A stretch of 64,000 bases of DNA from an uncultured Actinomycetota bacterium (GTDB lineage Bacteria > Actinomycetota > Actinomycetes > JAHEKZ01), in the NCBI GenBank assembly GCA_963718235.1, contig CAVQYR010000001.1, positions 832,001 to 896,000 on the forward strand. The letters are read 5' to 3'. The translations under genes and the position numbers were made by a program. This document shows, in pieces, positions 42,247 through 52,113 of the stretch (positions within the stretch are counted from its first letter, which is position 1; each line of letters begins with the position of its first letter). The notes beneath the pieces are model-generated. The model was not told the origin of the DNA, searched no databases, and saw nothing but the letters and a program-made list of their open reading frames with translations.

Positions 42247-43056
42247 ATGGCAGTCGCAGAGCGCGGCGACCCCCTGCGGCGGTGGAGCGACGCGCTCGCG
42301 GACTGGGCGATTCCCGACGAGATCCTGCGCCAGGCCACGTCGTCGCCGTGGCAGCTGCCGGTGGAGCGGTTCGCCGACCGGGCCGACGAAGCGGTTGCCC
42401 ACCCCCGGGGCTGGTCCTACGAGCGGGCAGCGTCCGCGCTTCCGCACGGAGGGTCGGTCCTGGACGTCGGTGCGGGTGCCGGGGCCGGCTCGCTGCCGCT
42501 GGCGGGTCGGGTCGGTCGGCTCACGGCAGTGGACGCGAGTGCGCCGATGCTGCGCGCCTTCGAGCAGCGGGCCGACGTGCTGGGCGTCGAGGCGGCCACC
42601 GTGCACGGCGAGTGGCCCCAGGTCGCGGCGGAGGTCGATGTCCACGACGTCGTGGTCGTCCACCACGTGCTCTACAACGTGTCCGACCTCGAGCCGTTCA
42701 TCTCCGCGTTGACCGACCACGCCCGCGAGCGCGTCGTGGTCGAGATCCCTCCTCGCCACCCGATGACGTGGTCCAACCCCCTGTGGCAGCAGTTCTGGGG
42801 CCTGCGGCGCCCGACCGGGCCCACCGACGACGACCTCATGGCGGTGGTGCGTGCGCTGGGCGTGCGCGACCTCGTGCGCTACCGGTGGCGACGTCGAGAC
42901 ACCGACGCGACGCCGTTGGCCGAGCGGGTGGCGCTCGTGACCGACCGGCTGTGCCTGCCCCAGGAGCGACGCCCCGAGGTCGAGGCCGCCCTGCGGCTGC
43001 TGCCGCCCGTCCAGGAACGCGCCGTCGTCACCCTCGCCTGGACCGGGTCGGCATGA
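42247..43056 (+). CDS. Class I SAM-dependent methyltransferase
   Basis: [22 protein letters not shown]; AAGGAGG 5 nt before ATG 42247 (alternative in-frame ATG at 42232). Confidence 0.85.
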   Translation: MAVAERGDPLRRWSDALADWAIPDEILRQATSSPWQLPVERFADRADEAVAHPRGWSYERAASALPHGGSVLDVGAGAGAGSLPLAGRVGRLTAVDASAPMLRAFEQRADVLGVEAATVHGEWPQVAAEVDVHDVVVVHHVLYNVSDLEPFISALTDHARERVVVEIPPRHPMTWSNPLWQQFWGLRRPTGPTDDDLMAVVRALGVRDLVRYRWRRRDTDATPLAERVALVTDRLCLPQERRPEVEAALRLLPPVQERAVVTLAWTGSA

Positions 43057-45674
43057 GCGGACCGCGGGCCACCGTGCCGGGTCTGGGTCGGGCCGTGGCC
43101 AGGGCCAGGGCCGGCAAGACGCTCGACGTCGACGAGGTGACGGTGCTGCTGCAGGCCCGCGGTGAGGCGCTGCGGGAGGTGATGGAGGTCGCGTCGCGGC
43201 TCCGTGACCAGGGGCTGTCCGATGCTGGTCGACCTGGCGTCATCACCTACTCGCGCAAGGTGTTCGTGCCCCTCACCCGGCTGTGCCGGGACCGGTGCCA
43301 CTACTGCACGTTCGCGACGGCGCCGGCCAGGCTGCCCGGGCCCTTCCTCACCCCGGACGAGGTGCTCGCGCTCGCCAGGGCGGGGGTCGAGCAGGAGTGC
43401 AAGGAGGCCCTGTTCACCCTCGGCGACCGGCCGGAGGACCGGTGGCCACAGGCCCGGGAGTGGTTGGACGCGCACGGTTACGACTCGACGTTGTCCTACC
43501 TGAGGGCGATGGCCGTGCTGGTCCTGGAGGAGACCGGGCTGCTGCCGCACCTGAACCCCGGGGTGATGGCGTGGGACGACCTCCAGCGGCTGAAGGCGGT
43601 CGCCCCGTCGATGGGGCTGATGCTCGAGACGACCAGCACCCGGCTGATGGAGCCGGGTCAGCCGCACCACGGGTCGCCGGACAAGGACCCGGCCGTGCGG
43701 TTGCGGGTCATCGCCGACGCCGGGCGCCTGTCGATCCCGTTCACCACCGGTGTTCTGGTGGGGATCGGTGAGACGGCCACCGACCGGGCGGAGTCGCTGT
43801 TCGCCCTGCGGACACTGTCCCGCCAGTACGGCCACCTGCAGGAGGTGATCGTGCAGAACTTCCGGGCGAAGGGCGACACGGCCATGCGGGCCGCGCCGGA
43901 CCTGGCGGCCGACGACTACCTGGCCACGGTGGCGGTGGCCCGGGTCGTGCTGGGGTCGTCGGTCCGCCTGCAGGTACCGCCGAACCTCAGTGACCCCCAT
44001 GCCTTCCGGGCTCTGGTCCGCGCCGGGATCGACGACTGGGGTGGGGTGAGCCCGGTCACCCCGGACCACGTCAACCCCGAGCGCCCCTGGCCCACCCTCG
44101 AGGCACTGGGTGCACTCACCGCGGCCGCGGGGTTCACCCTGCGCGAGCGGCTCACCGTCCACCCCTCCTACGTCCGGGCCGGTGAGCCGTGGATCGACCC
44201 GCGGGTGCTGCCTCACGTGCGTGCTCTGGCCGAGCCGGAGACCGGGCTCGGGCGCGAGGGGCAGCGACCCACGGGGCTGCCGTGGCAGGAGCCCGACCCC
44301 GAGTGGGACAGCACAGGGCGCACCCTGCTGAACCAGCAGGTGGACACCGAGGGGCGCTTCGCGGACCGGCGCACCGACTTCGACGAGGTGTACGGCGACT
44401 GGGCTGCTCTGCGCGAGCAGCTGCCTCCCCGCGAGCCGGGTCAGCGCCCCACGGGCAGCGACGACGCCCTGCGTGCCGCGCTGCGCCGGGCCGAGCACGA
44501 CCCGGCGAGCCTGCTGGAGGCCCAGCACGAGGCCTCCGCGCTGGCCCTGTTCGAGGCCGACGGCCAGGCGCTGGCCACGCTGACCTCGATCGCCGACGCA
44601 CTCCGCCGCGACTCCGTCGGCGACACCGTCACCTACGTGGTCAACCGCAACATCAACTTCACCAACGTCTGCTACACCGGGTGCCGCTTCTGTGCCTTCG
44701 CCCAGAGGCGCACCGACGCCGACGCCTTCACGCTGTCCCTCGACGAGGTCGCCGACCGGGCGCAGGAGGCGTGGCGGCTCGGGGCCACCGAGGTGTGCAT
44801 GCAGGGCGGCATCGACCCGCTGCTCCCCGGGACGGCCTACGCCGACCTCGTCCGGGCGGTGAAGTCCCGCGTCCCCCAGCTGCACGTGCACGCCTTCAGC
44901 CCGATGGAGGTCGTCAACGGCGCAGCCCGCACGGGGCTGTCGATCGAGGAGTTCCTGGTCTCGCTGCGCGAGGCCGGCCTGGACACCATTCCCGGCACCG
45001 CAGCGGAGATCCTCGACGACGAGGTGCGTTGGATCCTGACCAAGGGCAAGCTCCCGGCGGCGAGCTGGGTCGAGGTGGTCACGACCGCGCACCGGCTGGG
45101 CCTGCGCAGCAGCGCCACGATGATGTACGGGCACGTCGACCGGCCCAGGCACTGGCTGCAGCACTTCCGGGTGCTCGCGCAGGTGCAGGACGCCGCGGCC
45201 GCGAACGGCGTCGAGGGGTTCACCGAGTTCGTGCCCCTGCCCTTCGTCCACCGCAACGCGCCGGTCTACCTGGCCGGGCTCGCCCGCCCCGGACCGACCC
45301 GCAGGGAGAACCTCGTCGTGCACGCGATGGCCCGGCTGCTGCTCCACGGGCGGGTCCCCCACCTGCAGACGTCGTGGGTGAAGCTGGGCGTGGCCGGGAC
45401 CCAGGCCATGCTGCGGTCCGGCGCCGACGACCTCGGCGGAACGCTGATGGACGAGACCATCTCGCGGATGGCCGGGTCGGAGCACGGGTCGGCCAAGACG
45501 GCGGCCGAGCTGAGGGCGATCGCGGCCGCGCTGGGCCGCCCGACCCGTCAGCGCAGCACCGTCTACGGCCCGGTCCCGGACCGGGTCGCCGCCGCTCTCG
45601 GCCCCGACACGCCGGGGGTACACCGAACAGTTACCAAACTGCGGCTTGACGCGGAGGGACCGACCCGCGTGTAA
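43053..45674 (+). CDS. fbiC: Bifunctional FO synthase (CofG-CofH, two radical SAM domains)
   Basis: CRDRCHYC and [42 protein letters not shown]; ATGA-coupled to the methyltransferase. Confidence 0.96.
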   Translation: MSGPRATVPGLGRAVARARAGKTLDVDEVTVLLQARGEALREVMEVASRLRDQGLSDAGRPGVITYSRKVFVPLTRLCRDRCHYCTFATAPARLPGPFLTPDEVLALARAGVEQECKEALFTLGDRPEDRWPQAREWLDAHGYDSTLSYLRAMAVLVLEETGLLPHLNPGVMAWDDLQRLKAVAPSMGLMLETTSTRLMEPGQPHHGSPDKDPAVRLRVIADAGRLSIPFTTGVLVGIGETATDRAESLFALRTLSRQYGHLQEVIVQNFRAKGDTAMRAAPDLAADDYLATVAVARVVLGSSVRLQVPPNLSDPHAFRALVRAGIDDWGGVSPVTPDHVNPERPWPTLEALGALTAAAGFTLRERLTVHPSYVRAGEPWIDPRVLPHVRALAEPETGLGREGQRPTGLPWQEPDPEWDSTGRTLLNQQVDTEGRFADRRTDFDEVYGDWAALREQLPPREPGQRPTGSDDALRAALRRAEHDPASLLEAQHEASALALFEADGQALATLTSIADALRRDSVGDTVTYVVNRNINFTNVCYTGCRFCAFAQRRTDADAFTLSLDEVADRAQEAWRLGATEVCMQGGIDPLLPGTAYADLVRAVKSRVPQLHVHAFSPMEVVNGAARTGLSIEEFLVSLREAGLDTIPGTAAEILDDEVRWILTKGKLPAASWVEVVTTAHRLGLRSSATMMYGHVDRPRHWLQHFRVLAQVQDAAAANGVEGFTEFVPLPFVHRNAPVYLAGLARPGPTRRENLVVHAMARLLLHGRVPHLQTSWVKLGVAGTQAMLRSGADDLGGTLMDETISRMAGSEHGSAKTAAELRAIAAALGRPTRQRSTVYGPVPDRVAAALGPDTPGVHRTVTKLRLDAEGPTRV

Positions 45675-45677
45675 TTC
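45646..45677 (+). promoter_or_regulatory. Probable whiB promoter
   Basis: TTGACG at 45646 and TGTAATTC at 45670-45677 upstream of whiB; overlaps the fbiC TAA stop. Confidence 0.55.
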
Positions 45678-45787
45678 CACGCATGTCGTTTGCTGGCCCC
45701 GCGTGGGGCGTGCCAGAAGTGGACCGGTCAGGCGTCGCCGTCCCCGACGCGGTCGGTCACCTGCAGGCAGGGGTCGAGGAGGTAACC

Positions 45788-46048
45788 GTGGGCGAGGTCA
45801 TCTACCCGTTGGCGCTGGGCGAGGACGACGAGCTCGGCTGGCAGGAGCGAGCCCTGTGCGCCCAGACCGACCCGGAGGCCTTCTTCCCGGAGAAGGGGGG
45901 CAGCACCCGCGACGCCAAGAAGGTCTGCCTCACCTGCGAGGTGCGGGTCGACTGCCTGGACTACGCGCTGGCCCACGACGAGCGGTTCGGCATCTGGGGC
46001 GGGCTGTCCGAGCGGGAGCGGCGCCGGCTGAAGAAGCAGGCCGTCTGA
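45788..46048 (+). CDS. whiB: WhiB-family Fe-S transcription factor (WhiB/WhiB2 orthologue)
   Basis: WQERALCAQTDPEAFFPEKGGSTR, C..C....C, GIWGG; GAGGAGG upstream of GTG 45788. Confidence 0.96.
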   Translation: MGEVIYPLALGEDDELGWQERALCAQTDPEAFFPEKGGSTRDAKKVCLTCEVRVDCLDYALAHDERFGIWGGLSERERRRLKKQAV

Positions 46049-46149
46049 GCCAGCGGTCGCCCAGCCCGGCCGGCCGGGCGGTTCGGCGCCGCTTCGACGT
46101 CCCTTAGGGTGGGGCGCTGGCTGGTCGCACGCACCGGCCGCCTTCCTCG

Positions 46150-49100
46150 ATGACCTCACCTGACCTCGCGCCGCCTCCCGGCGCCCCTCCGGCGGACCGG
46201 CCCCTCGTGGTGCTCGCGGTCCTCGTCTGCCACGACGGAATCGCCTGGCTGCCACGCACCCTGGCCGCCCTCGACCAGCTCACGACCGCCCCCGACCTGC
46301 TCGTTGCGGTCGACACCGGGTCGCTCGACGCCACGGCCTCGCTGCTCGCCGGGAGCCCCGTCGTCGACCAGGTCGTGGCGCAGGACCGGTCCCTGGGCTT
46401 CCCGGCCGCCGTCGAAGCCGGGGTACGGGCCGGACGGGCGGCGCTGTCGGCGTCGGGGCGCGATCCGGACTTCCTGTGGATCCTGCACGACGACTGTGCC
46501 CCGGAGCCCGAGGCCCTGGCGGTGCTGGTGGCCGCCGGGGTGGAAAGCCCCTCGATCGGGATCCTCGGGCCGAAGGTGCTGGGCTGGGACGACCCCCGTC
46601 GCCTGCTGGAGGTCGGGGTGACGATCAGCGGCTCCGGGCGCCGTGACGTCGGGCTGGAGCGCCGCGAGCAGGACCAGGGCCAGCACGACGGTCAGCGCGA
46701 CGTGCTCGCCGTCGGCAGCGCCGGGACTTCTGGTCAAGGCACCGGTGTGGGACGCCCTCGGTGGTCTCGACCCGACGCTGCAGTTCTTCCGCGAGGACGT
46801 GGACCTCGGGTGGCGGGCCAACCTGGCCGGGCACCGGGTGAGCGTGGTGACCGATGCGGTCGTCCACCACGCGGAGGCGATGTCACGTGGTCGACGACCA
46901 CTCGCGGTCGACGGTGGCCGGGTTTACCGGGCCGACCGGATCAGCGCGATGACCGTGGTGCTCGCGAACGCCGGCCCGGTCTCCTGGCCGCTGCGCTGGC
47001 TGCGCCTGCTCCTCGGCAGCACCGTGCGGGCCCTGGGCCTGTTGGTGGCGAAGGCTCCCGGTCAGGCGGCCGACGAGCTGCGGGCCCTGGGGCACGTCCT
47101 GCTGCGCCCGGACCGGATCCTGTCCGCGCGCCGGGACCGGCGCGGGCACCGCGAGGTGTCCGGACGCGCCCTGCGCCCGCTGTTCCCCCAGGCCGGTTCG
47201 CAGGTACGACAGACCCTGGAGGTGTTCGGGGGCCTGCTCGCGGCCCGGGCCGGGGCCGACGCCGAGCCGAGCGGCATCCTGGAGAGCGGCCCGGCCGACG
47301 AGGACACCGACTCGATGGCCACCACCTCCCGTGGCGTGCTTCGGGCCACGCTGCGTCGCCCGGGCGTGCTGCTCACCCTCGGCCTGACGGCGGTGGCCCT
47401 GCTCGCGTGGCGGGCCCTGTACAGCGGCGGCTCACTCTTCGGTGGTGCGTTGCTTCCGGCGCCCGTGGGCGCCAGCGACCTGTGGGACACCTACCTGGCC
47501 GGATGGCACCCGGTGGCCACCGGCAGCCCGGTGCCGACCGCACCCTCGCTGGCGCTGCTGTCCGCTGCCGGCGCGCTCGTCCTCGGCCACGCCAGCCTGG
47601 CGGTGGGGATGCTGCTGGCCCTGGCGGTGCCGCTGTGTGGCGCGCTGGCCTACCGGGCCGTCGCCGGGCTGCGGCTGTCCAGCCCGCTGCGGGTGTGGGT
47701 CGCGGCGGCCTACGCGCTGAACCCAGCGCTGCTCGCGGCGATCGCGCAGGGCCGGCTGGGCACCGTCGTGGTCGCCCTCGTGGTGCCTGTCCTGGCCCTG
47801 GCGGTCGTCCGCACGCTGGGCTCGCGCGAGGCTCCGGGGACGTTCTCGGCGGCCGCGGTGGCCGGTCTGCTGCTGGCCGTGGCCACCGCGTTCGCCCCGG
47901 TCGTGTGGGTGATCGCCCTGCCGCTGGTCGTCCTCGCCGGCTGGCGGCTCGCCGACAACCGTCGGGCCCGGGTGCGGCTGGCCATGGCCTGGGCCCTCCC
48001 GGCCCTCCTCCTGCTGCCGTGGAGCGGCTACCTGGTCACCCACCCGGTGCTCCTGCTGCTGGAGGCCGGGGAGCCACTGAGCACGCCGGGGGCCTCGCCC
48101 TGGCAGGTGCTCCTGCTCGTCCCGGGCGGCCCCGGGTCGGCGCCCTGGTGGCTCGGCCTCGGCCTCGTCCTGGCCGGGGCGGTGGCGGTGCTGCGGCTGC
48201 GCGAGCCCCTCGTGCGGGCCGGGCTGGCCGTGGCGGTCGTCGGCCTGCTCGCCGCCCTGGTGCTCGCCGTCGTGGCCGTCACGCCACCCAGCAGCGCGGT
48301 CCCCGTGGCCCCGTGGCCCGGCCCGGCCCTCGTGGTCGCCGCGGCCGGGCTCCTCGTCGCGGTCGCGGTGGCGGCCCGTCGGGTCCGGCGCCGGATCTCC
48401 GGGGAGCAGTTCGGCTGGCGTCAGCCGGCCGTGGTCGGGCTGGCCGTCCTGGCGCTGCTCGCCCCGGTCACGTGGGGGCTGTGGTGGGTGGTGCGGGGCT
48501 CGGCCGACCCGCTGCACCGCGGGGACGCGCAGGTGCTGCCGGCGTTCGTCGCCGCGGCTTCGGACCAGCCTGAGCGGATCCGCACCTTGGTGCTGCAGCT
48601 GCGCGACGAGCGCCTGGAGTACTCGCTGCTGCGCGACCGCGGTCCGCAGCTCGGCGACGCGGAGACCGCACCGGACGCCGACACGATGCGCGAGCTCGAC
48701 GTCGCGGTGAGCGAGGTGGCCAGCGGTCGTGGAGGCACCGCGGTCACCGACCTCACCCGCTACGCCGTGCGCTACGTCTTGCTGGCTGCTCCGGTCGACC
48801 CACAGCTGGAGAGCACCCTGGACTCGGTGCCGGGCCTCGTGCGGGTGGCCAACCCCGGGGACGCCGGGCTGTGGCGGATCGAGCTGCCCGCCGGTCGCCT
48901 GCTGCTGGTCACCCCGCCGTCGGAGCAGGAGGCGGGCGGGTCGGTGACCGTGCTGCCGAGCGGAGCCCTGACCGCGACCCCGACCCTGCCGCCGGGGGTC
49001 GAGGGTCGCACCCTGTGGCTCGCCGAGAACGCCGACCCGGGGTGGCAGGCCTCCCTCACCGCCTCGTCCAGCGAGGACGCCGGGTCCAACGAGCTGCCGC

Positions 49101-49294
49101 GCGGGGTCGGCGGCCAGTGGGCCCAGACCTTCGCCGCCCCCGGCTCCGGGGGGCACGTCGTGCTGGGCTTCGACGAGTCCCCACGCACCTGGTGGCTGCT
49201 GCTCGAGGCCGCAGTGCTGCTCGTCACCGTGGTCGTGGCGGTCCCCGCCCGTCGTCGCGACGACGACCTCGAGGACGCGGGAGCAGCCCGATGA
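46150..49294 (+). CDS. GT2 glycosyltransferase with large multi-TM C-terminal region; frameshift near 46725
   Basis: VDTGS.D, WILHDD, EQDQGQHD in frame 46150; FREDVDLGWR and the TM region in frame 46643; conserved neighbour of whiB. Confidence 0.85.
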
Positions 49295-50808
49295 CCGTTC
49301 CCCGCCCGGCCGTCCTGGTCGCCGCAGTGCTGGCCGTGCTCGTCGTCCTGGGCCTGGTCGCCACCGTCGCGGCCTCCGACGCCCGCACCGTCTCGGCCGG
49401 TGCCGTCGCCGCCGAGCCCGTCGTCGAGACGACGGTGGCCTGCCCCGGGCTGCGGTCCCGGGAGGGGTACACCGAGTCGAGCGTCGCAGCAGCGACCCCG
49501 CCGATGGCCGGCGGCACCGCGGAGGCGACGACCCCGGCACCGACCTCCCGGGCCGCGGTCCGCACGCTCACCAAGGACCCGACCGACGGCAAGAACCTGA
49601 TCGTGCTGCGCGACCCCGGTGAGCGGGGGCTGTACGTCGGTCGCAGTGGTGAGCGCGACTCGGTGGTCGGTCGTGGCGACGGGCTGCTGGCCCCGGGGTT
49701 CTCGGTCACCCAGACCGAGCGCACGGTCGACGGGGCCGGCCGCGGGATCGCGGCGACGTCCTGCCTGCCCACTGGCGCTGACTTCTGGTTCGTCGGCGCT
49801 GCGTCGGGCGTCGGGCAGCGGGCCGTGCTCGTGCTCACCAACCCCGAGGGAGCCACGGCCGCGGTCGACGTCGACGTCTACGGGACTCGGGGGCCGGTCG
49901 ACGCACCGGCCGCGCGCGGGGTCCAAGTGGAGCCGCGCAGTCGCACCGAGCTGCGGCTGGACCAGCTGGCACCGGGGCAGCGGGTGCTGGCCCTGCACGT
50001 CAAGGTGACGAGCGGACGGCTGTCGGCGGCGCTCACCGAGACCGACGTCGACGGGCTCCAGCCCCGGGGCACCGACTGGATCCCGACGGCGCTGGGGCCG
50101 GCGACGCAGGTGACCGTGCCAGGCGTGCCCCCGGTGGCCAAGGGGCGCGAGTCCGACGTCCGCCTGGACGTGGTGGCACCCGGTGACTCCGACGCCGTGG
50201 TCAGGCTCTCCCTGGCCACCAGCGACGGGGTGTTCGCGCCGGTCGGGAGCGACGTGCTCGAGGTCCCCGCGGGTTCGGTCGCCTCGTTCGACCTCACCGA
50301 AGCGCTTCGCGGTCAGGCCGCCTCCCTGCTGCTGGAGTCCGACGTGCCGGTCACGGCCGGGGCCCGGGTCCTGCTGAAGCGACCGGACTACTACGGCGAC
50401 GTGCTGTTCCTGTCGGCCGCCGACGCGTTGTCCGCCGCGGCGGTCGTGCCCGAGAACCAGACCACCGACGACCTCGCCACCCGGCTGGTCCTCACTGCAC
50501 CGGAGTCAGCGGCGAGCGTCGAGGTGAAGGCGTTCAACCAGACCGACTCCGACACCACGACGGTCTCGATCGAGGGGGGGACCACCCAGGTGGTCACGGT
50601 GACCCCGCCCCCCGGGCTGCGTCGCTACGGCCTGGTGATCACGCCGTTACCGGGGTCGGGTCCGGTCGTGGGTGTGCGGTTCATCGACGAGGAGGGTGCT
50701 CGCGGTCCACTGGTCTCGGCGCTGCCGCTGCGCGCGGCGCGGCTGACCGCGGTGGTGCGGGAGGCCGTCCCGGAGCTGACCGCCGGGATGCAGGGCTACC
50801 AGTCGTAG
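49291..50808 (+). CDS. Secreted/anchored protein (DUF5719-like)
   Basis: N-terminal TM, CP, W.FVGA, L.LTNP; ATGA overlap; conserved position after the GT2 gene. Confidence 0.75.
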   Translation: MTVPRPAVLVAAVLAVLVVLGLVATVAASDARTVSAGAVAAEPVVETTVACPGLRSREGYTESSVAAATPPMAGGTAEATTPAPTSRAAVRTLTKDPTDGKNLIVLRDPGERGLYVGRSGERDSVVGRGDGLLAPGFSVTQTERTVDGAGRGIAATSCLPTGADFWFVGAASGVGQRAVLVLTNPEGATAAVDVDVYGTRGPVDAPAARGVQVEPRSRTELRLDQLAPGQRVLALHVKVTSGRLSAALTETDVDGLQPRGTDWIPTALGPATQVTVPGVPPVAKGRESDVRLDVVAPGDSDAVVRLSLATSDGVFAPVGSDVLEVPAGSVASFDLTEALRGQAASLLLESDVPVTAGARVLLKRPDYYGDVLFLSAADALSAAAVVPENQTTDDLATRLVLTAPESAASVEVKAFNQTDSDTTTVSIEGGTTQVVTVTPPPGLRRYGLVITPLPGSGPVVGVRFIDEEGARGPLVSALPLRAARLTAVVREAVPELTAGMQGYQS

Positions 50809-51213
50809 CCGGGGTCGACCTCGGCCGGGGGCAGCCCGAGCAGTGCTGCTGCCTGCTCCACCACGACGGCGTGCACCAGCCCCCTGGGGTCCGGGCCGCC
50901 GCGCAGCTCGATCGGTCGTCGGTACACGACGATCCGCGCGGGATGCTGCGACGTCGCCGGCACGGCGTGGCCCAGGGGCACCGGCCCGCCGGACAGGTCG
51001 ATGACGTCGACCGGAGGGACGGCGTGCACCACGACGTCGACTGCGGACAGCCGGGGCCGCCAGGCCCGCTCCAGCCGCTCCACGCTGTCGAGCACAAGCG
51101 CGTCGAACGCGGCCGACCGGGGCACCCGCAGCGGGACCCCCTCGGGGACCAGGGGGCCGCGCAGGCCCGCGGCCGTGCCGGTCGCGCCGACGCAGTGCGC
51201 GGGTGGGGGCCAT
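50796..51213 (-). CDS. Zincin-like metallopeptidase family protein (DUF1025-like); frameshift near 51165
   Basis: RRRDRHGRG start in one frame, then LRGPL..., FD.LV, RIVVYRRPIE, VVVEQ.A.LLG...EVDP in frame 50796. Confidence 0.78.
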
Positions 51214-51323
51214 CGGCCCATTGTCGCCCGCGGACCGTGCCGACTGCGCAGCCACGCGCGACACGTCCGCCGCGCCGACGACAATGCGGGCCGGCCGGTG
51301 CGCGCGCCGGTAGCGTCCGCGAG

Positions 51324-51686
51324 GTGAGCCCAATGAGGCGGTGCACCCGTACGGCGTGCAACCGGCCGGCTGTTGCGACGTTGACCTACGTCTACGCCGA
51401 CTCCACTGCCGTGCTCGGACCCCTGGCCACGTACGCCGAGCCACACTGCTACGACCTGTGCGAGGTGCACGGGGACCGGCTCACCGCCCCCCGGGGCTGG
51501 GAGATCGTCCGGCTGGCTCCCGACCCCGACGCGCTCGGCCCCAGCAGCGACGACCTCGAGGCCCTGGCGGACGCCGTGCGTGAGGCCGCCCGCCCGGTGC
51601 TCCAGCCGGCCGGTGCCGCGACGTTGCCCCCCGAGCAGGGCCGTCGGGGGCACCTGAGGGTGCTGCCGCCCCCCATCGACGACTGA
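51324..51686 (+). CDS. DUF3499-family Cys-rich protein
   Basis: RRC.R.AC.RPAVATLTYVYADSTAVLGPL...EPH.YDLC..H..RLTAPRGW; TAGCGT 7 nt before the GTG. Confidence 0.88.
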   Translation: MSPMRRCTRTACNRPAVATLTYVYADSTAVLGPLATYAEPHCYDLCEVHGDRLTAPRGWEIVRLAPDPDALGPSSDDLEALADAVREAARPVLQPAGAATLPPEQGRRGHLRVLPPPIDD

Positions 51687-51737
51687 GCGGCGCCGACTGC
51701 TGTCCGGTTTGCCGCTTTTGCGGAGAACCTCCCGGGA

Positions 51738-51767
51738 TTCAAGGAGTCGGACCGGATCGGCCGAAAG
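51738..51767 (+). promoter_or_regulatory. Putative sigma-28 (FliA/WhiG-type) promoter
   Basis: TTCAAG-N16-GCCGAAAG in an intergenic gap, with the same spacing as the site at 1025-1054. Confidence 0.6.
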
Positions 51768-51822
51768 AGTGAGGGCCGCGGCGGACCACCCCTGCTGCGC
51801 ACCCCTCGCGAAAGGCACCTCG

Positions 51823-52068
51823 ATGGCTCGCTCCGCCGCCACCCCGATCGACCTCCCGCTCGGCTCGCTGACCCAGCCCGGTGCCCGTGGCACCCTCGCG
51901 TGCGCGGCGTGCGACAGCGAGCGGGTCACCCACCTGGCGATGACCTTGACCGACGGCACCCCGGTGCAGTTCGTCTCCTGCCACCGGTGCGAGCACCGGA
52001 CCTGGATCGGCGACGGCCGGCCGTTGGACACCGACACCGTGCTCGACAAGACGCGCAAGCCGCGCTGA
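51823..52068 (+). CDS. Small zinc-ribbon protein (81 aa, CxxC...CxxC)
   Basis: CAAC and CHRC pairs; GAAAGG upstream of ATG 51823; fills the intergenic gap; GC3-rich codons. Confidence 0.78.
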   Translation: MARSAATPIDLPLGSLTQPGARGTLACAACDSERVTHLAMTLTDGTPVQFVSCHRCEHRTWIGDGRPLDTDTVLDKTRKPR

Positions 52069-52113
52069 CCGGCCGGGAGCGCGGCGTCGGGCCGCTCGTT
52101 AGGCTCTGCGCCC

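Noticed and set aside
42282-45674. 1130-aa FbiC with a long N-terminal extension or MTase fusion
   Set aside because: The extension is an alternative frame of the methyltransferase; the real start is ATG 43053 overlapping the MTase stop
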